A stretch of 64,000 nucleotides of DNA from a virus (IMGVR_UViG_3300005613_000060:59-64058); one strand, 5' to 3'; positions 46,391 to 57,453 are shown, counted from the stretch's first letter. A program made the numbers and translations. Notes: generated by a model from the sequence alone, not told the origin.

Positions 46391-48007
46391 TTAGAATGAA
46401 CCACCTGTTATTGGGTTACGCATAACAATTTTCAATACTTTAGTTGGGTCTTTTACCCATACTGCAGGCATTGTTTGTGACATCATTACACGGTATCCAT
46501 TAAATTGTCCAGAAGACTGGAATCCTTGTGTACGTCCCATGTAATCCATTGTACCATTCTGATACCACCATTTTAATTGATTATCCCAAGACAATTTCAA
46601 TAAGAAGATATTGTCATTAGTATTATCAGTAATATCAAAGATAATGAATGAATAAGATGATAATGGGTAACCATCAATAATTGGGTTCTCAATATCATTT
46701 GTATGAACATTATCAAATGCTGGATTCAATACAAACTTAACATTTGCTAAGAAAGGAATTACATATGAAGTATAAGCAAAACCAAAGTTCAAGTCCATAC
46801 CTCTACCAGTAATTGCACCGATATCAGCAGCTTGAATTACAAGACCTGAAGAAACAGCTTCTTGCTTAATAGCTTCATTTACAAGACGCATACCTGCCAT
46901 ACCTGTTTGTACAACTAATGAACGGTTTGGATCCGGACCTTCAAACTCAACTTTACCATTGAAGAAATTATAAATCTCTCCACGGAATAAATCTAATGTA
47001 AAGTTGTTTTTGTTGTATACTCTTTTATAAGAGTTATCAAGTTGTTTCCAAAGACCCACTGATAATCTAACATCATCTGGACCATCTTGACGAACTCTAC
47101 CCCCTTGTCCCCACATTAAGTAAGTCTCAATATCCTTAGCAATTTTTGTAAGGTGAGCAGCTTCCATTTGTGTAAGGAAAGTACGAGAAAGATCTCCATT
47201 ATCAAAAGCTTTTTTAACTTTATCTTTACCCATTACTTTAACCATATCTTCTAAAGAAGTAATAGAAGGATCTACTGAACGATCAAATGATCTCCAGATC
47301 TCAGTTACAGGTACAGTACCATCAGCATTCATTCCTCCTTTGATCATAAGATCAGCACGAGAAGATACTGAATAGTGTACGTGTGCTTCAGCACCACCTA
47401 CAAAGTTATAGAACTCACGGAAACCAGCACCTGTAGTAATATCAGAGAAACGCTCTCCATACTCCCCACGTGCAGAACCTTTACGGAAAAACTTAGTACC
47501 ATTTGCTAAGAAACGATTATCTAAGAAACGTGCATTACCATTGTTAACAAGAGTAACAGTGTAGATAAATCCATCACCAATTGGAAGAATATCTTCATCA
47601 GTAATGTAAAGTTCTACTCCATTATACTTATCATAAGTAATAATGTCACCATGACCAAATTCACGTCTGTTAAGTTTGATACGGAAAGTATTTCCATCAA
47701 CTCCCTTATTTTCATTAAGTGGTTCAATGTCCTCAACTACATAAGGTAAATCTTGTGACACTGGTGTTTGCCACTTATACTCTCCACGAGCATTGTCTAC
47801 GTTAATAACATTCTTACCTCCAAAGTTAGCCATTTGGTAAAGAGGCATTTCAACTCTTTGTGCCATAGCCCAAAGATCTACCGGACCCATATCCATAGGT
47901 TCTGCATCTTTCAACATGTTAACCAAGTGATAAGAATCTACGTGTGAGCTTGCTTGGTAAGCCGTATCCCGTAGAAAGATACCATTGTTTAAAACTGGTG
48001 TACTCAT
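46391..48007 (-). CDS. Major capsid protein (crAss-like, HK97 fold)
   Basis: 538 aa; order portal-scaffold-MCP; EYKW, LMWGQG, GLWKQL and VWVKDPTK motifs; strong codon bias; followed by a terminator. Confidence 0.85.
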   Translation of the reverse strand: MSTPVLNNGIFLRDTAYQASSHVDSYHLVNMLKDAEPMDMGPVDLWAMAQRVEMPLYQMANFGGKNVINVDNARGEYKWQTPVSQDLPYVVEDIEPLNENKGVDGNTFRIKLNRREFGHGDIITYDKYNGVELYITDEDILPIGDGFIYTVTLVNNGNARFLDNRFLANGTKFFRKGSARGEYGERFSDITTGAGFREFYNFVGGAEAHVHYSVSSRADLMIKGGMNADGTVPVTEIWRSFDRSVDPSITSLEDMVKVMGKDKVKKAFDNGDLSRTFLTQMEAAHLTKIAKDIETYLMWGQGGRVRQDGPDDVRLSVGLWKQLDNSYKRVYNKNNFTLDLFRGEIYNFFNGKVEFEGPDPNRSLVVQTGMAGMRLVNEAIKQEAVSSGLVIQAADIGAITGRGMDLNFGFAYTSYVIPFLANVKFVLNPAFDNVHTNDIENPIIDGYPLSSYSFIIFDITDNTNDNIFLLKLSWDNQLKWWYQNGTMDYMGRTQGFQSSGQFNGYRVMMSQTMPAVWVKDPTKVLKIVMRNPITGGSF

Positions 48008-48035
48008 TTTTATTTATTTATTTGTGTTTACTTAT

Positions 48036-49304
48036 TTATCTACTAAAGAAACCTTTAGTATTTCTTTTTATAGTTCTAGTTGGTTTTGTACTTTTATAAC
48101 TTGTTTCTTCCATATTAGTATTTAAAGAACTAGAATTTTGTTTACGTCCTTCTTCAGTTTTTAATTTTCTTACTGTTTGTTCAACAGCAGCTTTATTACC
48201 AATAGATTTAATTTTATCTTTATAACCATCCGGGTCTTGTAAAAGCCATAATGCTTCTGCAATTAAATCATGTCTTGGTTCTACAAACTGATACTTTTCC
48301 AACAAGTGTCCAAGCAGGTTTGTAGGTTTTCCTGATATAGAAGGATAATTTGGTTGAACTAAACCAGAATATAACATACTTTGTGTTTTCTTATCTAGTT
48401 TAAGACCCCCAAGTTCTCCTTGAACAAGAGTGTTATATACATTCTCTGTATAAACTTGAGCTGCTTCTGCTTGTTGTTGTTTTCTAGATTCTTGCTCAGC
48501 TAATTGTCTTGCAACAATTTGCTCTTGCATTCTATCAAGTTTTGGTTTAAACTGATTAGCTTTTTGTTCTAATCTATCTAAATCTTTCCAATCTTCTATT
48601 TCTTGCTCAATTTCTTCAGCTGTTCCAAAGTTTGTAGCATATAAATATTGTCTTGCAATTTCAGCTTGATCATTTTCATTAGCCGGATTTAAATCTCTTA
48701 CTTCTTCTACTTGAGATAAAGTTCTAAATAATCCTTTTAAATCTTGACCCCCGTCTGCAATATATTTAGCTGCTACCTGTAACTCTGGTGGTAAAGATTG
48801 AAAAAATTCTTGAGGAACTCTTTGTGCTACTTTAGATTCTCTATCTTGAAAATTTGCTTCAAATAATTCTCTAAAATCCGCAGCAGTATATTCTTCTATT
48901 GGTTTATCATCATCAAAAGGAATAAGAGATCCTTCATCAATCATTTTAGTTGCTAACTCAAATAAACCACTTTTATCAAGTTTTGGTCTACCCCCTTTAC
49001 CTTTAAACTCATTTTCTTCTTCTTCTGCAATCATTGAGTCTAACTCATTAATCACATCATCTGTAGATTCTGTAACATCTACAGGATTAGAAGAATTTTT
49101 GTTTAATGCTTCACTAGCATTCTCTTGTTCTTCAGTTTTGTCAATGAACGATGTATCAACTGTTTCTTTGGAAAATATAGAAGGTTTCTTTTCTTCTTTT
49201 GGAAGCATAACATTGTCTGCTCCTACTCCTCCAAAAATGTCATCAATGTTAATCTCAATTTCTTCTACCGTTGTAGAATCTTGTAACTTTTCTTCTTCTT
49301 GCAT
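48036..49304 (-). CDS. Probable capsid scaffolding/assembly protein
   Basis: 422 aa; acidic disordered N-terminus, coiled coil, basic tail; between portal and MCP. Confidence 0.65.
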   Translation of the reverse strand: MQEEEKLQDSTTVEEIEINIDDIFGGVGADNVMLPKEEKKPSIFSKETVDTSFIDKTEEQENASEALNKNSSNPVDVTESTDDVINELDSMIAEEEENEFKGKGGRPKLDKSGLFELATKMIDEGSLIPFDDDKPIEEYTAADFRELFEANFQDRESKVAQRVPQEFFQSLPPELQVAAKYIADGGQDLKGLFRTLSQVEEVRDLNPANENDQAEIARQYLYATNFGTAEEIEQEIEDWKDLDRLEQKANQFKPKLDRMQEQIVARQLAEQESRKQQQAEAAQVYTENVYNTLVQGELGGLKLDKKTQSMLYSGLVQPNYPSISGKPTNLLGHLLEKYQFVEPRHDLIAEALWLLQDPDGYKDKIKSIGNKAAVEQTVRKLKTEEGRKQNSSSLNTNMEETSYKSTKPTRTIKRNTKGFFSR

Positions 49305-49447
49305 AATATTGTTGGTTTTGTTATACTTTAATATACGTATTTATTTACACATAAACTTATTAAATTTAAAATTACTTATTTTTTATTAAGTAATTTTCTG
49401 CAGTATATAGCTAAATAAATAATATTAACTTTAACGATTATTTATTA

Positions 49448-52186
49448 TTATTTTTTTTGTGAAGAGTCATATTTATTTTTATTTTCTCTAGCAATCTGTA
49501 ATTGTGTATTTGCAATATCTTTTTGAGCTTGTATTTTTTCTCTTTCTATTTGATTTTTTTCAGTTTTTAATTGATTATCAATAGATTGTTTTTGTCTTTG
49601 CATTTGAGTTTGTTCTTGATATTGTTCAGATTGACGAATCTGATCCATAGCATCTACATAGTCAGATTGTTTATTTTCATTTAAATCAACCATAGAACCA
49701 TATCCTGCAGCTCTAATTTCAGCAATAAGAATATCTTTTTGTCTATTCTTTTCATTTTCCATAGACTCATGATCAAGTTTCATTTTTTCTTCTTGTGCCT
49801 TAGCTTGCATTGCTTGTTCTTGCATTTGTTGTTGCTGTTGCATTTCTTGATTTCTTTGCTCTTCTATTTTTTGCTCAGCTGTTTTCATTACTGTATTTAA
49901 ATGAGCAAGTGAATCTGACTGAATAATTTTACCAAGATCATAAATACTAGCTCCTGTTGTATTATTACTAATAGCTAGTTGTTTTAATTGTTCAAGTACA
50001 GCTCTATTATTTGCAGTTGTTGAACAAAATATATTAAGATCTCTAAGTAATAAATCAGTACCTTCAATAGAAAAGTTTACTTTTTCATCTGCAGATGTTA
50101 TATAAGTTAATCTTGTAGAAGGATTATTACTATGATAATACTGTGCTAAGTCAGTTCTCATTTGATGAACTCTTGGCATTAAATAATCAGAATGTTGTAT
50201 AAAATATATTTCAGTTTGAGCATATGAAGCATTAAGAGCTTGTTCTACACCTGTTGCTGTTTGTTGACTAATTTGTTGACCCATTCTTTGAGGGTTAACA
50301 CCAATAACTTCATATGCTTGTTGTTTGAAATAATTAGCAAGTTGTATTCTAGACATTAATCTATTAGTTTGCTCCATGTCTAGTTTTTGAAAATGCTGGA
50401 AGTTTAATGGATTTTCTGTATTTGTTATAGTTGTGTCTAAAGGAAGTATTTGGAAGTTCTTCATTGCCGCATAAGCTTTAGCATAATTTCCTTTACCCCA
50501 ATCTTCTCCTAATGAATGTTTAGGTAACCCATTTTGATCAAGTAATATTACAGTACCTAATTCATCAACAAGAATATCAGCTATTTGATTATTTACAATA
50601 TTATATCCTATTTGAAAAGGTTTCATTAAATCTACAAGAGATGTAGACTTAGTATTTCTATCAGAAAAAATTGCACCCTCTACTGGTATTTTACAACCAT
50701 ATAAAGAGTTATCACCTTTAAATTGAAAACGTAATGGTCCAATATCTTTTTTGTCTATACCTAAATAAATTGGAGAAAATCCATCCGGTGAATTCATTCC
50801 CCAAAAACTAGGTAAGTTTGGACCAAGTTTAATACCACCCCAAACTTCATTAATCCAAATCCAATCAATATGCTCACCAAACACTAAATTATCTCTAGTT
50901 TTATTTTTAAATAATCTAGTATCATATTGTGGTTTATCTGTTATTGTATAATCTTCACTTATAATTTCTGTAATAACTTCACCATTATCATAAACTTTTG
51001 TTAGGTGTCCTACTTTTCTTTGAGACTTCCAATAAGCAACAGTCTCTCTAATTAGATAAGCTGTTCCCTCGTTTTCATAATCCTCACTTTCTCTAAGAAC
51101 ATCATTAATTACATCACCCCCTTCTAATATACTTTGTGAAGTTGCTGAAGTATATTGTCTCATTGCTAGAGAAGGCATATTAGTATTCCACTCATGTGAT
51201 TTAGTAGAATCATAATAACTACCGTCATTTTGATAACCACCCATTGTATATCCTGCAGATCTGATCGGATATATTGCTTCTAAAGCTTCAAGTTCATCAG
51301 CAGTCATAAGATAACCATATTTATCAATTGCATCTGCTACAGTTATCATTTCAGTTTTTCCAACCCAATTTGATTGAGAAATATATCTTGCATCAGGAGA
51401 CTTGTGATAAAATACTAAAGTAGGATTCCATAATTCAACTTCATAGTCATCTTCCATCATTCTAAAATGCCAAAATTCTCTATCTGTAATTAGCATGTCT
51501 CTAAAACCTCTTTCTTCTAGCTCATCTATTCTGAATCTTTCAACATCAACTTTATGCTGGTGATCTGCCCATTGTTCAATCATAGATCTATAATCCTTCT
51601 TAAAGAATTCTTCTATTTCTGGTAAGCTTTTAAGGTTTTCAGGATCTAGTTGTTGTTGAAATTCTTCACTGTTAGGATCAGCTCCTTGATTAACAAGTGC
51701 AGAAATTATTTCCATTTGTGCATCTGCAAGAAGAACTTCTTCAACCATAGCTCTCTTTTGCTCTAGCATTTCATTATAAGAAAAGTCATCTACAGCTCTA
51801 TATGTAACTCTAGTATTTCTTTTTGCAAATTCAGAAACAAGAACATTTACCACATTAGGGATAATAGGATAAAATTTTAATTCTAATGCTGTGTCATCTT
51901 CTTGTGTAAGATAATCTAGTATATCTCTATACTCAGGATTTTCTTCAACAATATAATCTCTTTTATCAATTACACCTTTTGCTAACTTATAATTTTTAAG
52001 AAGCTTTCTAGCATTTTTTCTAATTTGTTTTATACCATTCCATTCTAGCCAGTCTAAATTCCAAGCAGCCCACTCTTCATCTTTTTCTACAGCAGGTAAA
52101 AACTGTAAAGGTTGGATGATAGAACCCATCCTGTTTTCTTTTATTTTAGCTCCTTTTTTGAGCTGCATTGCATTATAAACTTGCAT
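49448..52186 (-). CDS. Portal protein
   Basis: 912 aa directly after TerL; FYPIIPNVVNVL, SLVDLMKPFQI.YN, GVNPQRMGQ....TATG; Gln-rich coiled-coil C-terminus. Confidence 0.88.
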   Translation of the reverse strand: MQVYNAMQLKKGAKIKENRMGSIIQPLQFLPAVEKDEEWAAWNLDWLEWNGIKQIRKNARKLLKNYKLAKGVIDKRDYIVEENPEYRDILDYLTQEDDTALELKFYPIIPNVVNVLVSEFAKRNTRVTYRAVDDFSYNEMLEQKRAMVEEVLLADAQMEIISALVNQGADPNSEEFQQQLDPENLKSLPEIEEFFKKDYRSMIEQWADHQHKVDVERFRIDELEERGFRDMLITDREFWHFRMMEDDYEVELWNPTLVFYHKSPDARYISQSNWVGKTEMITVADAIDKYGYLMTADELEALEAIYPIRSAGYTMGGYQNDGSYYDSTKSHEWNTNMPSLAMRQYTSATSQSILEGGDVINDVLRESEDYENEGTAYLIRETVAYWKSQRKVGHLTKVYDNGEVITEIISEDYTITDKPQYDTRLFKNKTRDNLVFGEHIDWIWINEVWGGIKLGPNLPSFWGMNSPDGFSPIYLGIDKKDIGPLRFQFKGDNSLYGCKIPVEGAIFSDRNTKSTSLVDLMKPFQIGYNIVNNQIADILVDELGTVILLDQNGLPKHSLGEDWGKGNYAKAYAAMKNFQILPLDTTITNTENPLNFQHFQKLDMEQTNRLMSRIQLANYFKQQAYEVIGVNPQRMGQQISQQTATGVEQALNASYAQTEIYFIQHSDYLMPRVHQMRTDLAQYYHSNNPSTRLTYITSADEKVNFSIEGTDLLLRDLNIFCSTTANNRAVLEQLKQLAISNNTTGASIYDLGKIIQSDSLAHLNTVMKTAEQKIEEQRNQEMQQQQQMQEQAMQAKAQEEKMKLDHESMENEKNRQKDILIAEIRAAGYGSMVDLNENKQSDYVDAMDQIRQSEQYQEQTQMQRQKQSIDNQLKTEKNQIEREKIQAQKDIANTQLQIARENKNKYDSSQKK

Positions 52187-52191
52187 AATGT

Positions 52192-54393
52192 TTATTTAAG
52201 ATTTTTAAACGCACTTTTAATAACCTTTTGTCCATTAACTTTTTTAGTTTTACCTAAATTACGAAACGGACTATTATATAATTTATATAAATTATCTGAC
52301 TTTTGCAACTTTTTAGCTGCATCATCTCTCTCAATTCTCTTTTTAAATCCTAAATTTGAGTGTAGTATTTTCATATAAGATACTAATGCAGCAAATGAAA
52401 CCAAACGGTCAACGTTTACACTATCATTATATGCAGCCATTTCTACTAATAACATAGTATCTGGTATTCTTTCCACACCGTATTTTTTTCTAACTACTGT
52501 TCCGTCAGGTTTAGTTTCTTGATCAATTTCCTCTTTTATATATTCTATTGCATATGAAAGCATATGATCTTTAAATAAACGTCCAGTGTTTTTCCACCCG
52601 TACTCTTGGTAAACATTTTTGTTTGCACCAAGGTCTTTTAAGAAAACCATTTGATCTTTTGGGACAAGGTACATTTGTTTATTCTTACTTATCATGTACT
52701 GAATAAATAAAGATATGTTGTTTTCTATAATAGTTTTAGCTCTATACCATTCTATTATATGCATTAACTGCTTATGTGTTTTATTTATGTCATCATATCT
52801 ACCACACCAAGCTGCTACAATTTTATCTCTTTCAACATATGTTTCTATATCTTCACCTTTCATTCTAGTAACTTCAACTGGAGCTTTCATTACATATATG
52901 GAACATAGTGATTCTGAAGTAGTTGTGCGGCCTTCACCCACGGGATCTATAGATGCATAATACATCCCAAACTCAACATTTTCAACAGGTCGTTCCCAAA
53001 CAATAATAGAACCAGTTTTATCTTCTGCTTTTTTACTTACTGGAAATTCTGATATTGGTAACTTATTTGTATTCTCAACTTTTATTTTACCATTAGCATC
53101 TTCACTTAATTTTACAAACTCATAAGGATATTCTTTCTGCTTTATTCTCTCTTGTTGTGCTGTTATAAGATGCATAGGAAATTTTGATACTGTTCTTGTG
53201 TCAAAAGCTTCTTTTATGTTTCTTGGATGCTGAGAGATCCTAAGTTGATATTGTTCAGGTGATAATGCTTTTTTCCATTCCGCAAATTGTTCATCTAAAG
53301 CAATTAAAGCTTCTTCTACCTTAGAGTTACCGTACTCGTCAATATATGGGGGCATTGACCATTGTTCAGGAATAAATAAACCTGACAAACCTAATGTTCC
53401 TTTATCATCAATAAGATTAGTTTCTACAGGATATATGTCATTGGATACGGGATCCGTAATCATGTCCTTTAAAGGTTCACATTGAGCAAGATCCCCTACA
53501 GAACCTGCAGCAATAAATAAACCAGTAGTAATCATACCAGACTTTAATGCGGGTCTAATATACTCATATGTCTTATCCATCTTTGGAGCAATACCAGCCT
53601 CTTCGTGGAAGAAGTATTTAACAGGACCCCCTACACCATTAGTTGGATCTTTTTCAAAGGACATACCTTGTATTGTACCTTTTAAACCTCTATCAAAACT
53701 TCTACCGTTTACTTTTTCTTCAATCTTTTGTTGCCACATCATAACCTTCATAGGATTAAAAGGTCTATACCATGCTGTGTGCTGATTTAAAAAGTTAGCA
53801 TACTCATCCAAGAATTTCCAAGTACCTTTATCATTTATATAGTCTTTAAGAGATGCTCCCATTTTAAGCGTAACACCTTCTTCAAACCAAACCTGGTTAA
53901 TTAATTTAGCAACGTGAAAATAAGAAGAAGCTATCTGTCTTTTTTTAAGAATAGCTACGTGCTTGTAATCTAGCTCTGCTAAAAGCTCATATAATGCCAT
54001 ATGATATTGAGCATCACGGGTTTTTGCAAAACCAAACTTTTGATTTTCTTTATCAAATATCGGTAAGAAGTTTAACCACATGTAATAGTCTCTAGAGACA
54101 AACCATGTTTTACCTTCAGACTTTACTATTATACCTTTTCTACATTTTTCTTTTTCAAAATTCCAATATTCTATAAAGTCTTTTGATTTAAAAGGTGCAT
54201 CACAGTAATAATCATTTTTATTAAAAAAAGTGCCTTGCTGATTAAAGATTAAACAATCTTTATTAAAGTTATACTTACCAGGTTCAAAGAATATACTTTT
54301 TATAAAAGTTTTAAATTCATCTCTTGAGTTAAAAGATGTAGTAGTCCAGTTATCTTTTTCATAGGTTGGTATATCTTGAATAAAGTCTTCCAT
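52192..54393 (-). CDS. terL: Terminase large subunit
   Basis: ILKKRQIASSY (deviant Walker A), FFHEEAG (Walker B), YASIDPV, IIENN and NVDR (RNase H-like nuclease). Confidence 0.92.
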   Translation of the reverse strand: MEDFIQDIPTYEKDNWTTTSFNSRDEFKTFIKSIFFEPGKYNFNKDCLIFNQQGTFFNKNDYYCDAPFKSKDFIEYWNFEKEKCRKGIIVKSEGKTWFVSRDYYMWLNFLPIFDKENQKFGFAKTRDAQYHMALYELLAELDYKHVAILKKRQIASSYFHVAKLINQVWFEEGVTLKMGASLKDYINDKGTWKFLDEYANFLNQHTAWYRPFNPMKVMMWQQKIEEKVNGRSFDRGLKGTIQGMSFEKDPTNGVGGPVKYFFHEEAGIAPKMDKTYEYIRPALKSGMITTGLFIAAGSVGDLAQCEPLKDMITDPVSNDIYPVETNLIDDKGTLGLSGLFIPEQWSMPPYIDEYGNSKVEEALIALDEQFAEWKKALSPEQYQLRISQHPRNIKEAFDTRTVSKFPMHLITAQQERIKQKEYPYEFVKLSEDANGKIKVENTNKLPISEFPVSKKAEDKTGSIIVWERPVENVEFGMYYASIDPVGEGRTTTSESLCSIYVMKAPVEVTRMKGEDIETYVERDKIVAAWCGRYDDINKTHKQLMHIIEWYRAKTIIENNISLFIQYMISKNKQMYLVPKDQMVFLKDLGANKNVYQEYGWKNTGRLFKDHMLSYAIEYIKEEIDQETKPDGTVVRKKYGVERIPDTMLLVEMAAYNDSVNVDRLVSFAALVSYMKILHSNLGFKKRIERDDAAKKLQKSDNLYKLYNSPFRNLGKTKKVNGQKVIKSAFKNLK

Positions 54394-54707
54394 TAATCAA
54401 TATGTTTTAAGACTTCTTCAATTGTTTCTTTAACGTATATAGGTTTATCACCAGAACCATCAATTGTTAAACAAGTTATATCATCATTGTCTTTATAAAC
54501 TTCAATAATATCTTTAGGTCTGACATAATACTCTTTTTCTTTTATATCATAATCATCAATTGTTAAAGTATACCTTGGTACTAAAGGTAAATCTAAATTA
54601 AGCATGTCTGCTCTGTCAATTTCTTCCTTATACTCTTTTTGTAAGTCATCTATTTTATCTAAAGTAGATGATTTAATATTCAAAATTAACTTTGTAAATT
54701 TTATCAT
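54393..54707 (-). CDS. Hypothetical protein
   Basis: 104-aa ORF with TAATG coupling to terL. Confidence 0.7.
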   Translation of the reverse strand: MIKFTKLILNIKSSTLDKIDDLQKEYKEEIDRADMLNLDLPLVPRYTLTIDDYDIKEKEYYVRPKDIIEVYKDNDDITCLTIDGSGDKPIYVKETIEEVLKHID

Positions 54708-54721
54708 TTTTATAGTTTTAG

Positions 54722-55237
54722 TTATTGATCGTAAGCCATAGAGCTACCCCCTCTTATTCTTGATTTTTGTTCATCTTGCAAATCTTTATATGCACCTTTA
54801 AATGATTGTCTAATAGCTTCAAAATCTTTAGCCATAGCTCTAATCTGACCAATGTTTCCATCTTTACCATCTGTAATTTGTGCTGTTGCCATATAATTAG
54901 CTATTCTGTCTAAAGCTTTTCTTATACCATCATAGGCTCTTTTAGTTGGTGATTCATATAATGTTTCACAAAACGCTAAAGCTCTTTGAATAAGTTCATC
55001 TTCTGTTGAAAAATCAGGATCTATTTCATTTATAATAAGTATTTCTTTATCATATTCTGGTGTATGAAAAAAAGGATTAGCATCAGGATCAGGACAGGTC
55101 ATATAAAATAAATACTGATATATTTTTAAATAATCATCAGGATACTTATCCATTATATTTTTTAATGTTCCTAAAGTATAACAATGTTCTGTAGGAATAA
55201 CTTTACCGTTCTGTATATCAAAAAGTTTAATTATCAT
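54722..55237 (-). CDS. Conserved helical protein, possible terminase small subunit
   Basis: 171 aa, helical, ends ..RIRGG....; upstream of terL. Function inferred from position only. Confidence 0.4.
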   Translation of the reverse strand: MIIKLFDIQNGKVIPTEHCYTLGTLKNIMDKYPDDYLKIYQYLFYMTCPDPDANPFFHTPEYDKEILIINEIDPDFSTEDELIQRALAFCETLYESPTKRAYDGIRKALDRIANYMATAQITDGKDGNIGQIRAMAKDFEAIRQSFKGAYKDLQDEQKSRIRGGSSMAYDQ

Positions 55238-56067
55238 TTTTTTACATTTATTTTATTTCTATTATCTTTTAACCAAAAGATAATTGACATAATTTCTTCT
55301 TTTAGATAAGGCACTTCCATTTGTATTACTTCTTTAACAACAGGATCTCCATTGCTTAATTTTTTATAAATGGGATATCCAAACTCATCTTCACCCTCTT
55401 GTTCAAAAATAACATGATGTATGTATATCTCACCCGGTTTTAGTTTAGGATTATGCTTTAATATAATATACATATAAATACTCAATTGTAAAGCATAATG
55501 ATTAAAACTACAGTCATCTAAATTATTTACAGGATGAAGCATTTTCTTAGAAATCCCTTCCCAATTAACATAAGATTCAGTTTTAATTTCTTTATTAGTT
55601 TTATAATCAATAATATTAACCCTTCCATTAATTACTTCTACTAAATCTGATTGACCACATATTCCTGCAGATTTTAAATAAACCATATGTTCTGGATATA
55701 TACCTTCTGTAAGTTTAGGTTCCGGTGCATACTTTATACCTTCTTTTTCTATTGGAGAATAAACAGGTAAGGGTATACCTTCTTTTTCTATTGAAGCAAA
55801 AGAACATAAATCAGATTCTCTTTGATTATGATAAAAAGTTCCTAATTCAAGTGCTCTTTCAGATTCTGTTTTCCAAGCATCTTCAATTTCTTGAGGTTTC
55901 ATACCATACCATTTAGATTTCTTATTTTTACTAACCTTTTCTGCTATACTTTTAGAATTAAAAGGTTCTTTAAACTGAGAAATCAAAGTGGTTACTGATA
56001 TCCAGTTAATGTTATCTTCTTCTAAGCTAACATAACTATGATCTTCTGCTTTAAATACTATACTCAT
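55234..56067 (-). CDS. PD-(D/E)xK family exonuclease
   Basis: SVTTLI, GT.YH, ICGQSDLV...IIDYKTN, YALQLSIY. Confidence 0.85.
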   Translation of the reverse strand: MSIVFKAEDHSYVSLEEDNINWISVTTLISQFKEPFNSKSIAEKVSKNKKSKWYGMKPQEIEDAWKTESERALELGTFYHNQRESDLCSFASIEKEGIPLPVYSPIEKEGIKYAPEPKLTEGIYPEHMVYLKSAGICGQSDLVEVINGRVNIIDYKTNKEIKTESYVNWEGISKKMLHPVNNLDDCSFNHYALQLSIYMYIILKHNPKLKPGEIYIHHVIFEQEGEDEFGYPIYKKLSNGDPVVKEVIQMEVPYLKEEIMSIIFWLKDNRNKINVKK

Positions 56068-56068
56068 T

Positions 56069-56371
56069 TTATTTATAATTTTCTAATTGATCTTCATCTT
56101 CTTCAGTTATTAATGCTTGCCATTTTCCTGCAGGGCACTCTGATGATAAAGATCTTGTTTTTAAAGATAATGAACAACCACATAAACTACAACAAGGCTG
56201 TGTACCTAAAACTACACACTCTTTACCTGTGTCATCTTTTTTATTACAGTCTTTACATATCTTATATCTGTCACTAGCAATTGCTTCTATGTAACTCTTA
56301 CGTATTAGAGAGTTTTTTAAACCCTCCATTATTTGCTTTCTATTTTTCCAAGCTTCAAATATCTTTTGCAT
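56069..56371 (-). CDS. Small Cys-rich metal-binding protein
   Basis: R..IC..C...C...CC.LCGC.L.LKTR....CP.GKW. Confidence 0.7.
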   Translation of the reverse strand: MQKIFEAWKNRKQIMEGLKNSLIRKSYIEAIASDRYKICKDCNKKDDTGKECVVLGTQPCCSLCGCSLSLKTRSLSSECPAGKWQALITEEDEDQLENYK

Positions 56372-56717
56372 CTTTCCAGTTTTGTTTTTCTTTTAAAAAC
56401 TCATCTATTTTAACTTTAATAGCTTCAAGTTTTTCTAACTTTTCTTCAGTTGTTTTTTTATAATGATATCCTGAAAAAGAATAAGTATTAACTACATTCA
56501 ATTTTCTTTTACATTTTTCTATAGATTGCTCTACTTTATTTTTTCTAATTAAAAAATGTCCTAAACCAGGTACATTAATTTTTAAATCAGAAAGATCAGA
56601 TAAATTTGTTCTAAGTTCTTTATAGAAAAAATTTACTATATCATAAACTTTGTACTCATCAATATCTAAATCTTCAGATATAGTCTTTACAATTTTATTA
56701 TACTTTTTCGGAATCAT
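56355..56717 (-). CDS. IHF/HU-like DNA-binding protein
   Basis: IVK.ISEDL.I....V.DIV..F...L...L.....INVPGLGHF; the ATG at 56717 is a more likely start than the TTG at 56726. Confidence 0.65.
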   Translation of the reverse strand: MIPKKYNKIVKTISEDLDIDEYKVYDIVNFFYKELRTNLSDLSDLKINVPGLGHFLIRKNKVEQSIEKCKRKLNVVNTYSFSGYHYKKTTEEKLEKLEAIKVKIDEFLKEKQNWKDAKDI

Positions 56718-57078
56718 CTTTAGCAAAAAACTTTATTTCTAGTAATATATTACCAGATGTTTTTAATTTCATATCGGGATTAAGCATTATAAGCTTTTTA
56801 TTGTTTTTATCTTTTATTACTATATTTTTTTTAATACACTTATTTATAGCATTTCTTACAGATTGTGGTGTTTTAAATATCCAATCTTCTTCTGAAGATG
56901 CATCATAACAAAAATCTGTAAGTTCTGTTGGTTCATTAAAACTTAAAAGAGTTAAACAATTAACCTCAGATTCACTTACTGTTACTCTATTTAAATAACA
57001 GTAAGTGATAATCTGAAATTTTACTAAATCCCATTTAGGCATTACAGCCTTTTTTTCAATGCGATTTACTAAAGCCAT
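56698..57078 (-). CDS. Putative winged-helix DNA-binding protein
   Basis: VSESEVNCL...FKTPQSVRNAINKCIKKNIVIK...LNP resembles a wHTH. Confidence 0.5.
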   Translation of the reverse strand: MALVNRIEKKAVMPKWDLVKFQIITYCYLNRVTVSESEVNCLTLLSFNEPTELTDFCYDASSEEDWIFKTPQSVRNAINKCIKKNIVIKDKNNKKLIMLNPDMKLKTSGNILLEIKFFAKDDSEKV

Positions 57079-57079
57079 T

Positions 57080-57367
57080 TTATGATTTTTTAAGTTTTCT
57101 ACTAGAGTTAGTTTTAGGCTCTTCTTTTATTGGTTTAACTGGTGCTTTAAACTCTTCTTCATCTTCTTCTAACTCTTGACTTTGTTGTGCAAGCATAGCA
57201 AACTGCATTTGAATTTGAGTTCTTTTTAATCTTACTTCATCAATGTCTGCAAGAACTTTTTCATACTTGTACTGTGCATCTAAATAAGGCATTGATTCCT
57301 CATAAAATTGCATCATTTCTTTTTTCTTTTCCTCCATTTGTTCTGGAGTAAGTTGTTGGTTTTCCAT
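57080..57367 (-). CDS. Coiled-coil hypothetical protein
   Basis: 95-aa ORF downstream of a promoter-like element. Confidence 0.7.
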   Translation of the reverse strand: MENQQLTPEQMEEKKKEMMQFYEESMPYLDAQYKYEKVLADIDEVRLKRTQIQMQFAMLAQQSQELEEDEEEFKAPVKPIKEEPKTNSSRKLKKS

Positions 57368-57388
57368 AATAAATTATTTAATTTTAAA

Positions 57389-57417
57389 CAAATATACAAA
57401 AAAAGTTTAAACACAAA
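57389..57417 (-). promoter_or_regulatory. Bacteroidota primary-sigma-type promoter (TTTG-N17-TATATTTG)
   Basis: Matches -33 TTTG / -7 TAnnTTTG; lies just after a terminator. Confidence 0.7.
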
Positions 57418-57427
57418 AAGTTTAAAT

Positions 57428-57453
57428 AAAAAAACCTAGATTTCTATCTAGGT
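57428..57453 (-). terminator. Rho-independent terminator
   Basis: Minus strand CCTAGAT-AGAA-ATCTAGG-TTTTTTT. Confidence 0.8.

Noticed and set aside
46391-54393. Introns or inteins in MCP, portal or terminase
   Set aside because: The ORFs are uninterrupted, of ordinary size, and show no splicing or homing-endonuclease motifs.
55234-56067. Cas4 as part of a CRISPR system
   Set aside because: It lacks the Fe-S cysteine set and has no array or other cas genes; it is an ordinary phage PD-(D/E)xK nuclease.
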